NCBI GenBank assembly: GCA_038087875.1
Contig: CM075994.1
Span: 3,474,001-3,538,000 of the forward strand
Direction of reading: 5' to 3'
DNA: 64,000 nucleotides
From: Malacoraja senta
Taxonomy: Eukaryota
This document shows positions 1 to 13,154 of the stretch, in pieces. The notes under the pieces are model-generated. The model was not told where the DNA came from, did no database searches, and saw only the letters and a program-made list of their open reading frames with translations. The position numbers and the translations under genes are program-made. Every line of letters starts with the position of its first letter. Position 1 is the stretch's first letter.

Positions 1-827
1 AGTCACGCAGCCTCGAAACCGACACGTTGTGCGCTACCTCTCGAACTATGCTAATCTCACTTTTCAGCATCGGACTGTAACATTCTACGACATGGTTCTC
101 AGCTGTTCTTCTAAAACCATTTATAACGTTGTGTTAAACGTTAAATTTACACCACCTCCTTTGGTAATATGTTCCACATGGAAACCATCCTGTGGACGGT
201 GTATTTCTCTCGTACATCTCTTGTTCATCATCTTACACCCCGCATCACCTCTGCTAAGAAGACATTTGGCTTGCTTTCATACCTGCGTATGTCCCTTATA
301 ACTTTCTATTACACAGTCACGTTTTTCTCAGCCTTCTGTGGTCCACGGAAAACACACGCATATTGATCAACCGTACCTGAGCAGCACTTCAGACAACGTT
401 TGGGTGAATATGCTCCTACCTAAAATTAACGCCATCATATTCCTCCTATCGCGTGGTGTCGAGAAATGCACAGTGGAATATGACCTACGGCTGAACTAAT
501 GTTGTATATTCTCATAAAATACCACCTCCACCCCCTGGGATAATCATTTGGGATAATCATAAATTTTATTCCAATGCGTTCACCGGAGCTGCAGAGACAA
601 TTCAAGCTGTGGACAAACAGGAATTCTACACACTTGCGCACCGCAACTGCCTGAATCATACATCTCATAGCTTTAAAGTATGCAGTACCTTTAATTATAT
701 TAATATATTTGAATGCATCCGAAGACAATTCTACTCAGATTTCATACCGAATAGACGGCTCGCTGGCATTTGCCGCTCGTTTTAAAAGTAATATTGTAAT
801 ATTGTAATGCGATTCTCTCTGGTGCAG

Positions 828-854
828 CACTGAAACTGAAGCGAAAGATTTTTG
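828..854 (+). CDS. Microexon 1 (27 nt, phase 1-1) of unnamed coiled-coil host gene; xLKLKRKIF
   Basis: ttctctctggtgcAG|CACTGAAACTGAAGCGAAAGATTTTTG|GTgaga; open frame. Confidence 0.75.
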
Positions 855-1459
855 GTGAGAGCTCGAATTAGTTTACGTATACATTTGCATGGACAAATGT
901 AAAATATTTACACATTCAGTTCTAATTTGAAATGATGAAAATGATAAAAGAGAAGATGTAAATAACCCGAGGCAGGTTAAAATATTGCTGTTGGCTTCGT
1001 GACTTGGGTTCCTCGTCGTAATGAAAGTGAAAAGTCCAATGAAATCTCTCTCTGATTGAGAAAGGTCACGAATTAATCTGATGATTGACCAAACCAGCAG
1101 AATAGACATTTCTCTCGACGTCACGTGAAGAGTAAAGCGCAAATGGTTATTATTCCCATTATTGACCATATAATTTTGCACCCATTGATTTTCATATCAA
1201 TGAGCATCACATCCTAACTTGATGCCGACGAGATACAAGTAAGTTATTAAAAGCAGAATCTCACCGGCTGATCATTTAAGGTTAATATGCCTCACGCTCA
1301 ATCACCAATTATTTTCTATTTTGTGACCCGACAACATTTAAGGATATCATCCATGCTAGTAGCTGAGACACGGGCTATGTGTTATATACCTGTTTGGTTT
1401 GATATTCAACTTTCTTGATTTATCATAGAGCAAATAAATATCAGAAATAGATGTAAAAC

Positions 1460-2300
1460 CTCCACGTTTGCGGATGACACAACGATGGGCGGCAGTGTGA
1501 GCTGCGAGTAGGATGCTATGAGGCCGCAGGGTGAGTTGGATAGGTTGGGTGAGTGGGCAGATGCATGGCGGGTGCAGTATAAAGTGGATAAATGTGAGGT
1601 TATCCACATTGGTGGAGAGAACAAGAAGGCAAATTATGTCAGATGGTGCCAGATTAGGAAAAGGGAAGGTGCATCGATACCTGGGTGTTGTACATCAGTC
1701 GTTGAAAGTAGGCATGCAGGTACAGCAGGCAGTGAAGTAAGCTCATGGCACGTTGGTCTTCATAACAAGAGGAATTGAGTACAGGAACAAAGAGTTCCTT
1801 CTGTAGTTGTACAGGGCCCTAGTGAGCCTACATCTGGAGTATTGTGTGCAGTTTTGGTCTCCTAAATTGGGGAAGGAGATTCTTGCCATTGGTAGTAGGT
1901 TCACCAGGTTAATTCCGGTATTGCGGGACTCACATGTGATGGAAGAATTAATCAACTGGGCTTATATTCACTGGAATCTAACAGGATGAGAGGGAATCTT
2001 ATAGAAACATAGACAATTCTTAAGGGATTGGGTAGGCTAGATACAGGAACAATGTTACCGATTAAGAATAAGGGTTAGGCCATTTAGGACTGAGATGAGA
2101 AAAAACACAGTTTTCAGCCAGAGAGTTGTGAATCTGTACAATTCTCCTGCACAGCGGAGGCCAATAAACTGGATGTATTCGAGAGAGAGTTAGATACACC
2201 TCTTAGGGCTAACGGAATCAAGGGACATGGGGAGAAAGCAGGAACAGGGTATTGATTTTGGACGACCAGCATTTATCACATTAAATGGCGGTGCTGGCTT
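1460..2300 (+). mobile_element. CR1 (HER1-like) LINE, degenerate 3' fragment
   Basis: [22 protein letters not shown] peptides; typical 3' tail (…ggcggtgctggct). Confidence 0.9.
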
Positions 2301-2378
2301 GTTTGCAACTAGATCAGCGGATGTTGATAGTAATGGCCATGAAAAATTAATTTGGATCCTGTTGATTTCTGTTTTCAG

Positions 2379-2414
2379 AGGTAGATACCCTGACTACCCA
2401 GCTCCAAGAATGTG
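2379..2414 (+). CDS. Microexon 2 (36 nt); EVDTLTTQLQEC
   Basis: gatttctgttttcAG|AGGTAG…GAATGTG|GTaaga. Confidence 0.85.
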
Positions 2415-2980
2415 GTAAGAATATTGTTGAGAAATTACCACTATATTAATGCACCGATAGAAGGGAACGCGCCTGGAATATCAAAGAATGGCTGTAATTT
2501 ATGTAGTGATATGTTCTTGTACTTTGAAATTAACGTTACCCTCTCTCAATTAAAATGTCGCAAACTTTTTCCAACGAGTTGCAAACTTCATAGAGGGAGT
2601 ACCCAAAAATCAACTTAAAATTCAATGAGAAGTATCGATATCCCGCGATAGAAAATCGCAGAACCTCGTAACAGTATTACGCTTCAACATATATTCATCG
2701 TGGGCTACAATTGTTGCTTATCACTTTAAGTCTGTTTGAATCCATGTAATAATTGGACTATCGTCCAACACCGCAAAGAACTGCACGCACGTTAGAATCC
2801 TTCCAGTGCACTTTTTTCTCTCTCCGGGAATATCGAATGATCGATTGCAAGTAATATTGTAATGGTCAATAACAATAATATTCAAATAGTCATCAATAGT
2901 ATTCTTCATTAATCGTACGCCAGTGTCATTGCGTCGTCTTTTCTTTCCTTTAAGGATATTCAATATTCAACCTGATATTG

Positions 2981-2999
2981 TGACGCCATCTGGTGGTCG
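2981..2999 (-). promoter_or_regulatory. CTCF-like motif
   Basis: Minus strand CGACCACCAGATGGCGTCA resembles the CTCF core consensus; motif match only. Confidence 0.35.
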
Positions 3000-3470
3000 G
3001 GTCACTGGTTAATCGAACCCTCGTTCATTATGTGATAAGAGGCACGTGACCGAGGAGCGGTGGTTAGGAAGGATGGTCAGCTATTCTGCTATTGTTTTGG
3101 AATTATTTTTGTTTAATAAGGCTTGTCCATGAGTTCACAACGTGTGACTCGCTTTATTGCACTTTAATATCTAGAAAACGGGATTCCTTTGAATATATTT
3201 CCATCTAATCACCGATCATCAAAACCGCATTTTCACGCGCACACAAAACCACCGTACGGCCAAACCTTCCCTTATTTAAAAATATACAATATACGTCTAT
3301 TAAAATGTGCATATATCAAAAATATTTCATGGCAACTGAACTCAAACAGCATGTAATATTACAAGTGAAAGAAATAATGAACATGTAATTCAGGAATTTG
3401 TCATTGACACAAGTAATATTTTCATAATTATTAAAATATGTATCATTTTATAAATGTTTTTGCTTTACAG

Positions 3471-3497
3471 AGCGAAAGCTAAAACAAAAAGAGAAAG
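3471..3497 (+). CDS. Microexon 3 (27 nt); ERKLKQKEK
   Basis: gtttttgctttacAG|AGCGAAAG…GAGAAAG|GTaagt. Confidence 0.9.
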
Positions 3498-3637
3498 GTA
3501 AGTCGTTCATGAGCCAATACCTCAAATTTGTTGTGCTTTCGACCTACTTCCATCGCAAGTGCCACATGTAGCTAATTATTTCTAAATAATGATGGTAAGA
3601 ATGTACCAGTATAAATATATATTTAATATATTTGTAG

Positions 3638-3664
3638 ATATTGACACGCACGTAAAGGATGACG
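3638..3664 (+). CDS. Microexon 4 (27 nt); DIDTHVKDD
   Basis: atatttgtAG|ATATTGAC…GATGACG|GTgagt. Confidence 0.85.
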
Positions 3665-3974
3665 GTGAGTAGCCTGGCGAACAGAGAAGATAGATTATTT
3701 TCAGAGCCCCATAATATACTCTGAGGAAAATAAATCTTTAAAAAATTCCCAATTACTTTCAGACCACGGCATTTTATATTTTCGTACTTATCATTTGATT
3801 AAGAAATTCAATTGTTCCCATCGTTAACCAACCTCAGTCACTGTTGTGGATATGTTTATTCTTCCATGTCTCCTATAAAAATTCAATTTTCACCTTAAAC
3901 TTACACTGTCTCGTATTTGCACTGTCCACCCTGTGATTATGACTTACTTCTTATCTTATCTGTAATATATTTTT

Positions 3975-4868
3975 AGTAGACAAAAAATACTGGAGAAACT
4001 CAGCGGGTGAGGCAGCATCTATGGAGAAAAGGAGTAGGCGACGTTTCGGGTCGAGACCCTTCTTCAGACTGATGCTGGGGCGCGGGAAAAAGAAAGCAAG
4101 ACCCAGAGGCAGTAGGCTATGTGGGAGAGCTCGGAAGGGGGGGGTGCGGGAGGGAGCAAGGACTGCGTGAAAATAGAGAAGTCAATGTACATACCGCTCG
4201 GTTGTAAACAACCCAAGCGAAATTTGAGGTTTCTCCAATTTATGCTGGGCCTCAATCTGGCAATGGAGGAGGCCCAGGACAGAAAGGTCAGATTCAGAAT
4301 AGGAGGGGGGTTGAAGTCCTGGGCAACCGGGAGATCAGGTTGATTAGTAGGGACTGAGCGGAAGTGTTGGGCGAAGCGGTCGCCGAGCCCACGCTTGGTC
4401 ACCGATGTAGAGCTGGGCGACCGCTTCGCCCAACACCTCCGCTCAGTCCGTACTAACCAAACTGATCTCCCGGTTGCCCAGCACTTCAACTTCCCCTTCC
4501 ATTCTGAATCTGACCTTTCTGCCCTGGGCCTCCTCCAGTGCCAGGGTGAGGCCTAGCGTAATTTGGAGGAACAACACCTCATATTTCGCTTGGCTAGTTT
4601 ACACCCCAGCGGTATGAACATTGACTTCTCTAATTTCAGGTCGTCCTTGCTTTCTACCTTCTTCCCCTCCCCCTGTACAGCTCTCCCATAGCCTTCTGTC
4701 TCCGCTTCTTCCTTTCTTTTTTCCGCACCCCACCACATCAGTCTGAAGAAGGGTCTCGACCCGAAACGGCGCCTACTCCTTTTCTCCATAGATCCTGCCT
4801 CACCCGCTGAGTTTCTCCAGCATATTTTGTCTACTTTCGATTTTTCCAGCATCTGCAGTTCCTTCTTA

Positions 4869-4870
<2 letters not shown>
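3975..4870. mobile_element. Penelope-like element 3' ends in inverted (fold-back) arrangement
   Basis: 3975-4405 is the reverse complement of about 4410-4835; GIY-YIG C-terminal remnants (TKRGLGDRFAQH…PVAQ.FN); shared terminal repeat. Confidence 0.8.
4040..4067 (-). ncRNA. Minimal hammerhead ribozyme-like core in Penelope terminal repeat
   Basis: Minus strand CTGAAGA-A-GGGTC-TC-GACCC-GAAA-CGTC: CUGAnGA box, stem II, GAAA, GUC. Confidence 0.55.

Positions 4871-4871
<1 letters not shown>

Positions 4872-4947
<76 letters not shown>
4872..4947. repeat. (TA)n microsatellite
   Basis: Direct reading. Confidence 0.98.
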
Positions 4948-4950
<3 letters not shown>

Positions 4951-5584
4951 CATCGTTTATACAGTTCATCAGTTCCCCCCTTGGCCACCGACGAGAAAAC
5001 AATCAACGTTTCTCTAACAGCTCTTTACAGCTAAAAGTACCAATCTATTCCACACTCCAATGATCCTCTTCTGTCCGTTCACCACACCAACGACATCATT
5101 ACTATCGTGCGGCGACCATCAGTCCCGGTGGTGCTTAAACTTCGATGATATATATTTTTTGGATACCACATTAGTTAAACGACTTGTTTAATATTTCCTA
5201 TACCCTTATACTTCAAGCTGGAATTTTTCAGTCCCTCATTGAACGTGTTTCAGTGTATTTTTACTTTCAATAGAACGCAAATAAATGTATATTTTCGAAT
5301 TTATTGACCTCTCAGTTGCTTAGACGTCTGCTCGATGTAAATTTACATTACCATGGTAATGACGGTCTGAGGTGCATTGCAGCTAATTATTTTCGACCAT
5401 CTACCAGTTTCAATTGATTTTTTGGGGGATTCTGAATAATTGGTTCTTTTTCAGATACACTCCTGCGCCACACAAGGAACTTGGAATCGTTTTGTTTCAC
5501 ATCCAGGATATTACCATCTAAAATAATTAACCTCAGCAGTCAAATGTGTGCTGGAAATGAACACCTGAACAATAAACTGTCACT

Positions 5585-5682
5585 CAAGGGATACTGAGTT
5601 GGATGATCAGCCATGATCATATTGAATGGCGGTGCAGGCTCGAAGGGCCGAATGGCCTACTCCTGCACCTGTTTTCTATGTT
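5585..5682 (+). mobile_element. CR1/HER1 3' tail fragment
   Basis: gatcagccatgatcatattgaatggcggtgcaggctcgaagggccgaatggcctactcc, shared with other CR1 copies here. Confidence 0.8.
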
Positions 5683-5791
5683 TTTATTCCAAGTTTACAA
5701 TACGATTTACATATATCTGCCATTGCGAAATATATATTTGAAATTAATTCAAACTTTTGGTCGATTAATTGTTGTTTGATTAATCCTGCAG

Positions 5792-5818
5792 ACGCAATGA
5801 TAAATGAAGCCAAGTCAG
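5792..5818 (+). CDS. Microexon 5 (27 nt); DAMINEAKS
   Basis: tttgattaatcctgcAG|ACGCAATG…AAGTCAG|GTgata. Confidence 0.7.
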
Positions 5819-5844
5819 GTGATATATATAATGGTTGTACTATT

Positions 5845-6020
5845 TGCTAAAAATAACAAGTGCTCAACGGGACAGACAGCATCTATGGACAGCAGGATTG
5901 GGTGGCGTTTCGGGTCGAGAAGCGTCCGATGAACGGTCTCGACTCGAAACGTCACGCATTCCTCTCTCCAGAGATGATGCCTGTCCCGTTGAGTTACTCC
6001 AGCTTTTTGTGTCTATAATT
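5845..6020. mobile_element. Short Penelope-derived inverted repeat remnant
   Basis: Two opposed copies of the gggtcgaga / gagttactccagc terminal motif. Confidence 0.65.
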
Positions 6021-6475
6021 ACTTATTATATACCGGCGGTGGTATCCTGATTCCTTTACATAAGCACTTACATTTGAAACGCACTGAATGTCTAAGACTA
6101 AACATTGTAAAGTAATCGCTAAGTAATACCGGGATTTTAGCATAATTTAATGAATTATCCCTTGTAAACATGAATATGCTTTGTCAGTAGGAAGAAGACA
6201 AAGACGTATTACTTTGCCTTCTAAGACAGCGCTGATCCCATTCGTATAATAGTAAGGAGATGCGCTAGGGAAGATAGCAAAGATATGAGACATATCAGCA
6301 AAAAGTCCCAATTCAGACCCTCCCCCGCCCCACCCCTCACGATCCCCACCCCCATAGTGTGTATTCATTACGGAAGCTAAGCTCTCAGTACATCTGAACG
6401 CCAGTGCGACCCCGAGTTCCAGTTACGGCGCTTGTCTTCCGACGGTGGAGGATTCCATTACTCTTTATGAGATAC

Positions 6476-9400
6476 CGGGAGCTGGAGTAGCCGCTGCCGT
6501 ACAGGGCGCCGCATACAAAATGGCGGCGCCCTGTGCGGCAGCGGCTACTCCAGCTCCCGATAGCGATGTGCGTTTTATGTTTAATATGTTGTCTGTACCG
6601 TCACAGTCTAGTGCGAGAGTAGTCTATAACAGAACTACACTACTTGGACTAAGAAACGTCGACTTTTCCGAAAACCGTTTTGGAGTTACACTGGCTTTGG
6701 AACCCGAGGCACTCTGCGAGCTAGGCATCCTACACCGGCAAGACCCAAGGGTCTGCAAGGCAGCGGACTCTCCTCCCATCACAGGCCGACACTGGAGGCG
6801 ACACTGGAGGCGGTGCGCGCGGCGTGTGAGACCTAGCTTGCTGCGCAGCCGAGCGGGTATCAGCGCCAGGCTAAAAGCTAACCCCTACAGACCTGCACCC
6901 CTTCTATTCTGCTATCCAACGTTCGTTCGCTGGAAAACAAAATGGACTAACTTAGACTGGATTTAACTACACAAAGAAAGGTCAGAGACTGCACCGCCAT
7001 CATCCTCACAGAGACGTGGCTCAACAACTCCGTTTCGGACAACGCCATTCAGCTGGACGGACTAACATCATTCCGGGCGGACAGGAGTCATGCTCTCAGT
7101 GGTAAATCTCGGGGGGGTGGTGTATGCATTTTCATCAATAACAACTGGTGTACAAACGCCGAAACTGTGTCAAGCCACTGTTCTGAGGATATAGAATTTC
7201 TGACAATTAAATGCCGACCATTCTACATGCCAAGGGAATTCACAGCCATTAACATCACAGCTGTGTACATTCCACCCAGTGCGAACACAAAGGATGCACT
7301 GTCTACATTGTATCAGTCTATCAGCTCAATGCAGAACTCTAACCCGGACTCTGTCTACATAATCGCTGGCAATTTCAATCAGGCCAAACTGAAGACAGTA
7401 CTACCACATTATTACAAACATGTGAACTTTGCAACCAGGGGAAATAACATACTCGACCAGGTCTACACCAACATCAGACAGGCATTCAGAGCTGCTCCCC
7501 ATCCCCACCTGGGGAACTCAGACCACCTCTCTGTTATGCTAATTCCAGCTTACAGACCTCTATTGACCAGGAACAAGCCGTCTGTGAAGCAGATCAGAGC
7601 ATGGCCAGAGGGAGCCACCTCAGCTCGCAAAGACTGTTTCGACTGCACAGATTGGACCGTTTTTAGGGAGGCTGCCACTACCAACCATCATGTCAACTTG
7701 ACGGAATACACTGAATCTGTGACTGGATATATATTCAAATGCATGGAAGATGTGACCGTCATCAAAAACATCACCACGAGGGCAAACAACAAACCCTGGT
7801 TCACCAGGGCGGTACGTGAGCTCCTGAGAGCACGGAATGCTGCTTTCAAGTCCGGGGACAACGACGCCCTTAGTACTGCTAGGGCCAACTTGAACCGGGG
7901 CGTGAGAACAGCCAAGCGTGTCTATGGACAGAAAATTCAAGCACACTTCACAGACACTAAGGACCCCAAGCGCCTGTGGCAAGGCGTCCAGTCTGTCACC
8001 GGCTACAGGCCAACCGTGCGAGGACGACACAGACTTCCTCAACACACTTAACACCTTCTTCAACCGGTTTGAGGAAGACAACACCACCACACCAACAAAA
8101 GCCCCTCCCTACCCAGATCATGAAACACTTCACCTGGACCCAGCTGATGTGCGGAGGACCCTACTCAAGGTGAACCCCAGAAAAGCTGCAGGTCCTGACA
8201 ACATACCGGGGCGTGTACTCAGAGACTGTGCTGACCAACTCACAGATGATCTCACGGACATCTACAACACCTCTCTGAGCCAAGCCATCATACCAGCATG
8301 CTTCAAAGCCACCACCATCATACCGCTACCCAAGAAATCCCCAGCCACAACACTGAACGACTACCGGCCCATAGCACTCACGTCCATCATGATGAAGTGC
8401 TTTGAAAGGTTGGTCAAGGCCCACATAACATCCAGCCTCCCCTCTACACTTGACCCATTCCAGTTTGCATACCGTCCCAACCGTTCCACTGATGATGCCA
8501 TAGCAACAGCACTCCACCTAAGCCTGGTTCATCTGGAAAACAATAACAGTTACGTGCGGTTGCTGTTCATCGATTTCAGCTCCGCCTTCAACACACTCAT
8601 CCCCCAACACCTGGTGAATAAACTCGGCGAAATAGGCATCAGCACCCCACTATGCAACTGGTTACTGGACTTCCTCACCGACAGACCACAGACAGTAAGA
8701 GTTGGCAAAAACTCATCAGAGACCACCATCGTGAACACCGGGGTCCCACGGGGATGTGTGCTGAGCCCTCTGTTGTTCACGCTGATGACACATGACTGTT
8801 GTGCCAAACACAATTCGAACCACATCATCAAGTTCGCAGATGACACAACAGTGGTGGGCCTCATCAGCCACGTTGACGACTCAGCCTACAGAGAGGAGGT
8901 ACAACAACTCATCAATTGGTGTGACATCAATAACCTTCAACTCAATGTCAATAAAACAAAATAAATAACTGTGGACTTTCAGGAAGAAACAGACAGCACA
9001 CACCCCACTCACCATAAATGGCAGTGCAGTGGAGTCTGTGAAAAGCACCAAGTTCCTGGGAGTGCACATCACAGATGATCAGACATGGTCCATCAACACC
9101 ATCTCCCAAGTCAAGAAAGCACAGCAACGCCTCCACTTCCTTCGACGGATGAGGAGAGCCGACCTCCACCCTTCTGCTCTCACCACTTTTGACAGGGGTG
9201 CCATTAAGAGCATTCTTACCAGCAGTCTCTCTGTCTGGTATGGCAGTTGCTCTGCTGCTGACCAGAAGGCCGTACAGAGAGTGGTGAGGACAGCGGAGAA
9301 GATCACTAGATCACCCCAACCAGCAATCCAGGACTTATACCCATCTCGCTGTCGCAAGAGAGCAACCAATATCCTCAAAGACACCACCCACCCAGCACAC

Positions 9401-9849
9401 AAACTGTTCACCCTCCTACCATCCGGCAAGCGCTACCGCAGCATGCGGAGCAAAACCACCAGATTCAAAAACAGCTTTTTCCCTCAGGCCATCAGACTAC
9501 TCAACACACTCAAGAAAATTCCATGAACATTACACAAACAAAGACCAACTGACTGTCAAATTAACTTTAACTGAATGTCTGCAGTATGCTATTTGCACTT
9601 TTCTATATTGCACCTTTTATTATTGCACCTTAATAACATACCTCAACATTTTACTATACTCTGGCACACTGTGAATATTTTATATAATGTATATGTCCAT
9701 TGTCTATCTTTATTGGTATATTGTCTGTCTGTGTTATAAATATTACTTGCACATTGGAGTATGGGGAAACGCAATTTCAATCCTCTGTGTAACTACTTGT
9801 TGCAGTATTTGAATTGACAATAAAGTTTACTTTTACTTTTACTTTTTAC
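6476..9849 (+). mobile_element. Rex1/Babar-clade LINE, near full length, frameshifted
   Basis: APE endonuclease (VYIPP, GNFNQ, SDH) in 7167-8051; RT ([23 protein letters not shown]) in 7918-8964; C-terminus 9029-9526; AATAAA plus (TTTTAC)n tail. Confidence 0.92.
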
Positions 9850-9925
9850 ATTAATTATTTCTACAAATGTAAATACATTGATATTGGTATCCACGTACAG
9901 GGTAATGTGATGTTGTATCTTACAG

Positions 9926-9961
9926 AGCTTGCGAAACTGACAATCATCCAGAAAGATGTTG
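9926..9961 (+). CDS. Microexon 6 (36 nt); ELAKLTIIQKDV
   Basis: tgttgtatcttacAG|AGCTTGCG…GATGTTG|GTaatg. Confidence 0.85.
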
Positions 9962-10164
9962 GTAATGATTCATTTGAACGTTTTACAAAATGATTGCACT
10001 GCTACAGAAAAGTCAAATTTCATCTTCACGTTAATGTTGTTAATCTTCACGAGGAAACAATATAATATCTTGTTGTTGGAACTACACTGAACACTGAAAT
10101 ACACGGAACATATCTTAAATCCAGTGACAAAATATTTATCCGATTTATGCTTATTTTCCCACAG

Positions 10165-10191
10165 CTGAACTAGTTAGATTAAAGAACGAAG
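10165..10191 (+). CDS. Microexon 7 (27 nt); AELVRLKNE
   Basis: ttattttcccacAG|CTGAACTA…AACGAAG|GTaaaa. Confidence 0.88.
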
Positions 10192-10899
10192 GTAAAATAT
10201 CTTTCAACACGCTTCGATATTTTCACAATTTGTAAACGTTAAAGAAGATGCACGTATTTAGACGGACCTTTCTTTACGATAAAACATATATTCCTTATTT
10301 GTCCTATGGGGGAAATCGTTTAAACAATAGAGCGAATATTTATAGGATTACATACATTCTGCACCTCGCTGCTGCAGGCCAAGGCGTTGAGACGTGAATC
10401 TCAATTACAGCATCTAACTAGTTATCATTTTATTTGCTTCCTATTTCTCCTGTTAAAATAATATTGCATTAACTTTGATAGAAGTATTTTTTCAGCAAAA
10501 TCCGCCCGCTTCCTAAATACGATGCTTCAATGTATTTAATGTCCTGCATTTTCTAAAAAATATATATGATTTGGCTTAAACACGTTTCGCAATCTCTGAT
10601 GGTGGCAAAGTTTAAACGAGCGCCAGGAAGGTTATCTGAGTTCAAACATTGTAATCCATACTCCAAAGCCCTGAATGCTTTGGCGCATTCCATCTTTGCG
10701 GTAAGAGCATACCTTTACCTTCTGTAAGTTTGATTTTAACGAAGAACAAAGATTTGTACAATTGCTACGATTTTAACATGTCGCCTTTACATATTTGAAG
10801 AAATACGAGCACTTAGCTAAATATACTGTACGCGCCAAAACACCAATGTAATAGCATTCCTTTGTTTCACAACACATTGACATTCTAAAACTTTTCTAG

Positions 10900-10926
10900 A
10901 AATTAAAAGACTTCGCGAGAAATGCG
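10900..10926 (+). CDS. Microexon 8 (27 nt); EIKRLREKC
   Basis: cttttctAG|AAATTAAA…AAATGCG|GTaagt. Confidence 0.9.
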
Positions 10927-11189
10927 GTAAGTACTGAACTGCACAAACAGATAGAGCAACGTGACACATATTACAATTGGCCTGCTTAGTGGCCAAGGAG
11001 CTGAAATTACTCTCGCATTGACTAGATAACGTAATTTGCAGGCTCTCCATAGTCACCACGGTTTTATCCTGTCAAAAATATAACCTTCTCCAAACTTGCC
11101 TGGAGTTTTACATGCTCATCTTTGACTTATTATCAGTTCGAACAACGGTACCAACCACATTGTTTGACTGGGTCTTCCCATATATTATT

Positions 11190-12890
11190 TGTTTTATTTA
11201 TTTAACCTTTATTTAACCAGGAGAAGTCTCATTGAGATTAAAAATCTATTTTACAAGAGAGTCCTGGCCAAGACAGGCAGCAGCACAGTTCCACAGTTAC
11301 AGACAATAATTTAAAAACAACAGAGAACATATAAATAGAGTCACAGTCAGAATATCATCAAACAAAGCATGTACAGACAGAAGAGCCCGCTTCAACATCA
11401 TTAAGAAGGGATTTAAATCTGTTTATAGAAACCAGCTCCTTAAGTTTCAGTTCATTCTGCAGCTGGTTCCATGCGAAGGGAGCAGCATAACTAAATGCCC
11501 TTTTCCCCAGTTCAGTACGGACTTTAGGTACAGTTAGTAAGAACAAGTCCTCAGAGCGGAGCTGATAAGTTCCTGTGCTTTTTCGAATTACATACTTCTG
11601 CAGGTATGAAGGAAGAACACCGAGGATGGTCTTATAAATAAGAATATGCCAATGATGGAGTCTGCGGGTGGACAGGGCAAACCATCCAGCTTGAGCATAC
11701 AAAGAGCAGTGGTGCGTGGGGGTTTTAAAATTAGTAACAAATCTCAGTGCTCCGTGGCAGATCGTGTCCAAAGACTGTAGGCATTTTGAAGATGCATTCA
11801 TATATAAAACATCACCATAGTCCAACACAGACATAAACGTTGCAGCAACAAGTCTTTTTTTGGCTTCAAAAGAAAAAACAAGATTTGTTTCTAAAGTAAA
11901 AACCTAATTTTATCTTTAGTTTTTTCACAAGTTGCTGAATATGAGGTTTAAAAGAGAGAGAATCGTCAATTATAATTCCCAGATATTTATATTGAGACAC
12001 AGATTCAACCACAGAGCCCTGCAAAGTGGTGATAGGATGGAGATCCGAGGGCTTTGATTTAGCTTTAGTGAACAGCATGAGCTTTGTCTTGTCAGCATTT
12101 AAAACAAGTTTTAATCACACAGGTTACGTTGCACAGTGTTAAAAGCAGTTTGGAGCTGACAGAGAGCCTGATTTGGGGTAGATGCAGTGCAATATATCAC
12201 TGTGTCGTCAGCATAAAAGTGAAAATTTGCGTTCGGAGCTTTATGATCTAGACCATTAATATAAATAGTAAATAATAAAGGTCCTAGAACCGATCCCTGT
12301 GGCACACCCTTGGATACATTAAGAGAGCTAGAAGTAATACCTTCTGCTCGCACACACTGGGATCTGCCTGATAGATACTTTTTAAACCAACAGACAGCTT
12401 GATCAGACAAACCGATGCTGCATAGTGTTTTTAACAATAAGGCATGATCTACAGTATCGAAAGCCCTTGATATGTGAACGAAAAGGGCTGCACAGTGTTG
12501 CTTATTGTCTAAAAATTCTATAAAATAATTTACTACTTTTAAAGCAGCTGTTGACGTACTATATTTTTTCCTAAAACCAGATTGAAATTCAGATAAAATA
12601 CTGTTAGTTGATAAAAAAAAAAGTCCTTCAGTTGCTGGTTTACAATGGATTCCAGCACCTTAATTAAAACAGACAGTTTGGAGATGGGCCTATAGTTGTT
12701 TAGCACAGTGGGAGAACAAAGGCAGATTTCCAAATAAGGGGAATTTCGTTTGTCTCCAGGGATAGATTAAAAAGATAAGTCAGAGGCAATGCAATAAAAT
12801 CAGCGGCTAACTTTAGGAAGTAGGGCTCAAGGTTGTCTGGACCTGCCGATTTTTTTGTGTCTAAACATCTCAGGGCCTTATGCACCTCTT
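11190..12890 (-). mobile_element. L2-clade LINE, 5'-truncated RT portion
   Basis: GVPQGSVLGP, YADD, LDYGD, GKRAFSYAAP..WN.L peptides on minus strand; (TAAA)n-type tail near 11190. Confidence 0.9.
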
Positions 12891-13154
12891 AAAGTGTAAC
12901 AGATACGGCCTAACGTGCTGGTTACTTTCAGTAATTTCTGTCTTTTGTTCCAATATTCATCTTCATGGAAATGTCCAATCTTTCCAAAATTGGCAGATTG
13001 AAAAATGCCTCAGACGGATTCTATTTCATTTGCAGCCGATTTATCCATTCCCACTCGGATATTATCAAGCAGATATATAAAACAAACTGTAAAGAGTAAA
13101 GAATTAACTGCGTGCAAGGAACAACTACAACTGGTGTATCTGTGCAAAACATCC

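Noticed and set aside
1..420. Possible very old Penelope GIY-YIG remnant
   Set aside because: Resemblance too weak to support by eye.
1205..1244. Strong GTAAGT donor at 1239
   Set aside because: No acceptor gives an open, phase-1, multiple-of-3 exon.
4553..5063. ORFs with IYIYIY runs
   Set aside because: Translation of (TA)n plus Penelope sequence.
6445..6966. 173-aa ORF as a host gene
   Set aside because: It covers the Rex1 5' hairpin and N-terminal region and runs into the endonuclease; it belongs to the element.
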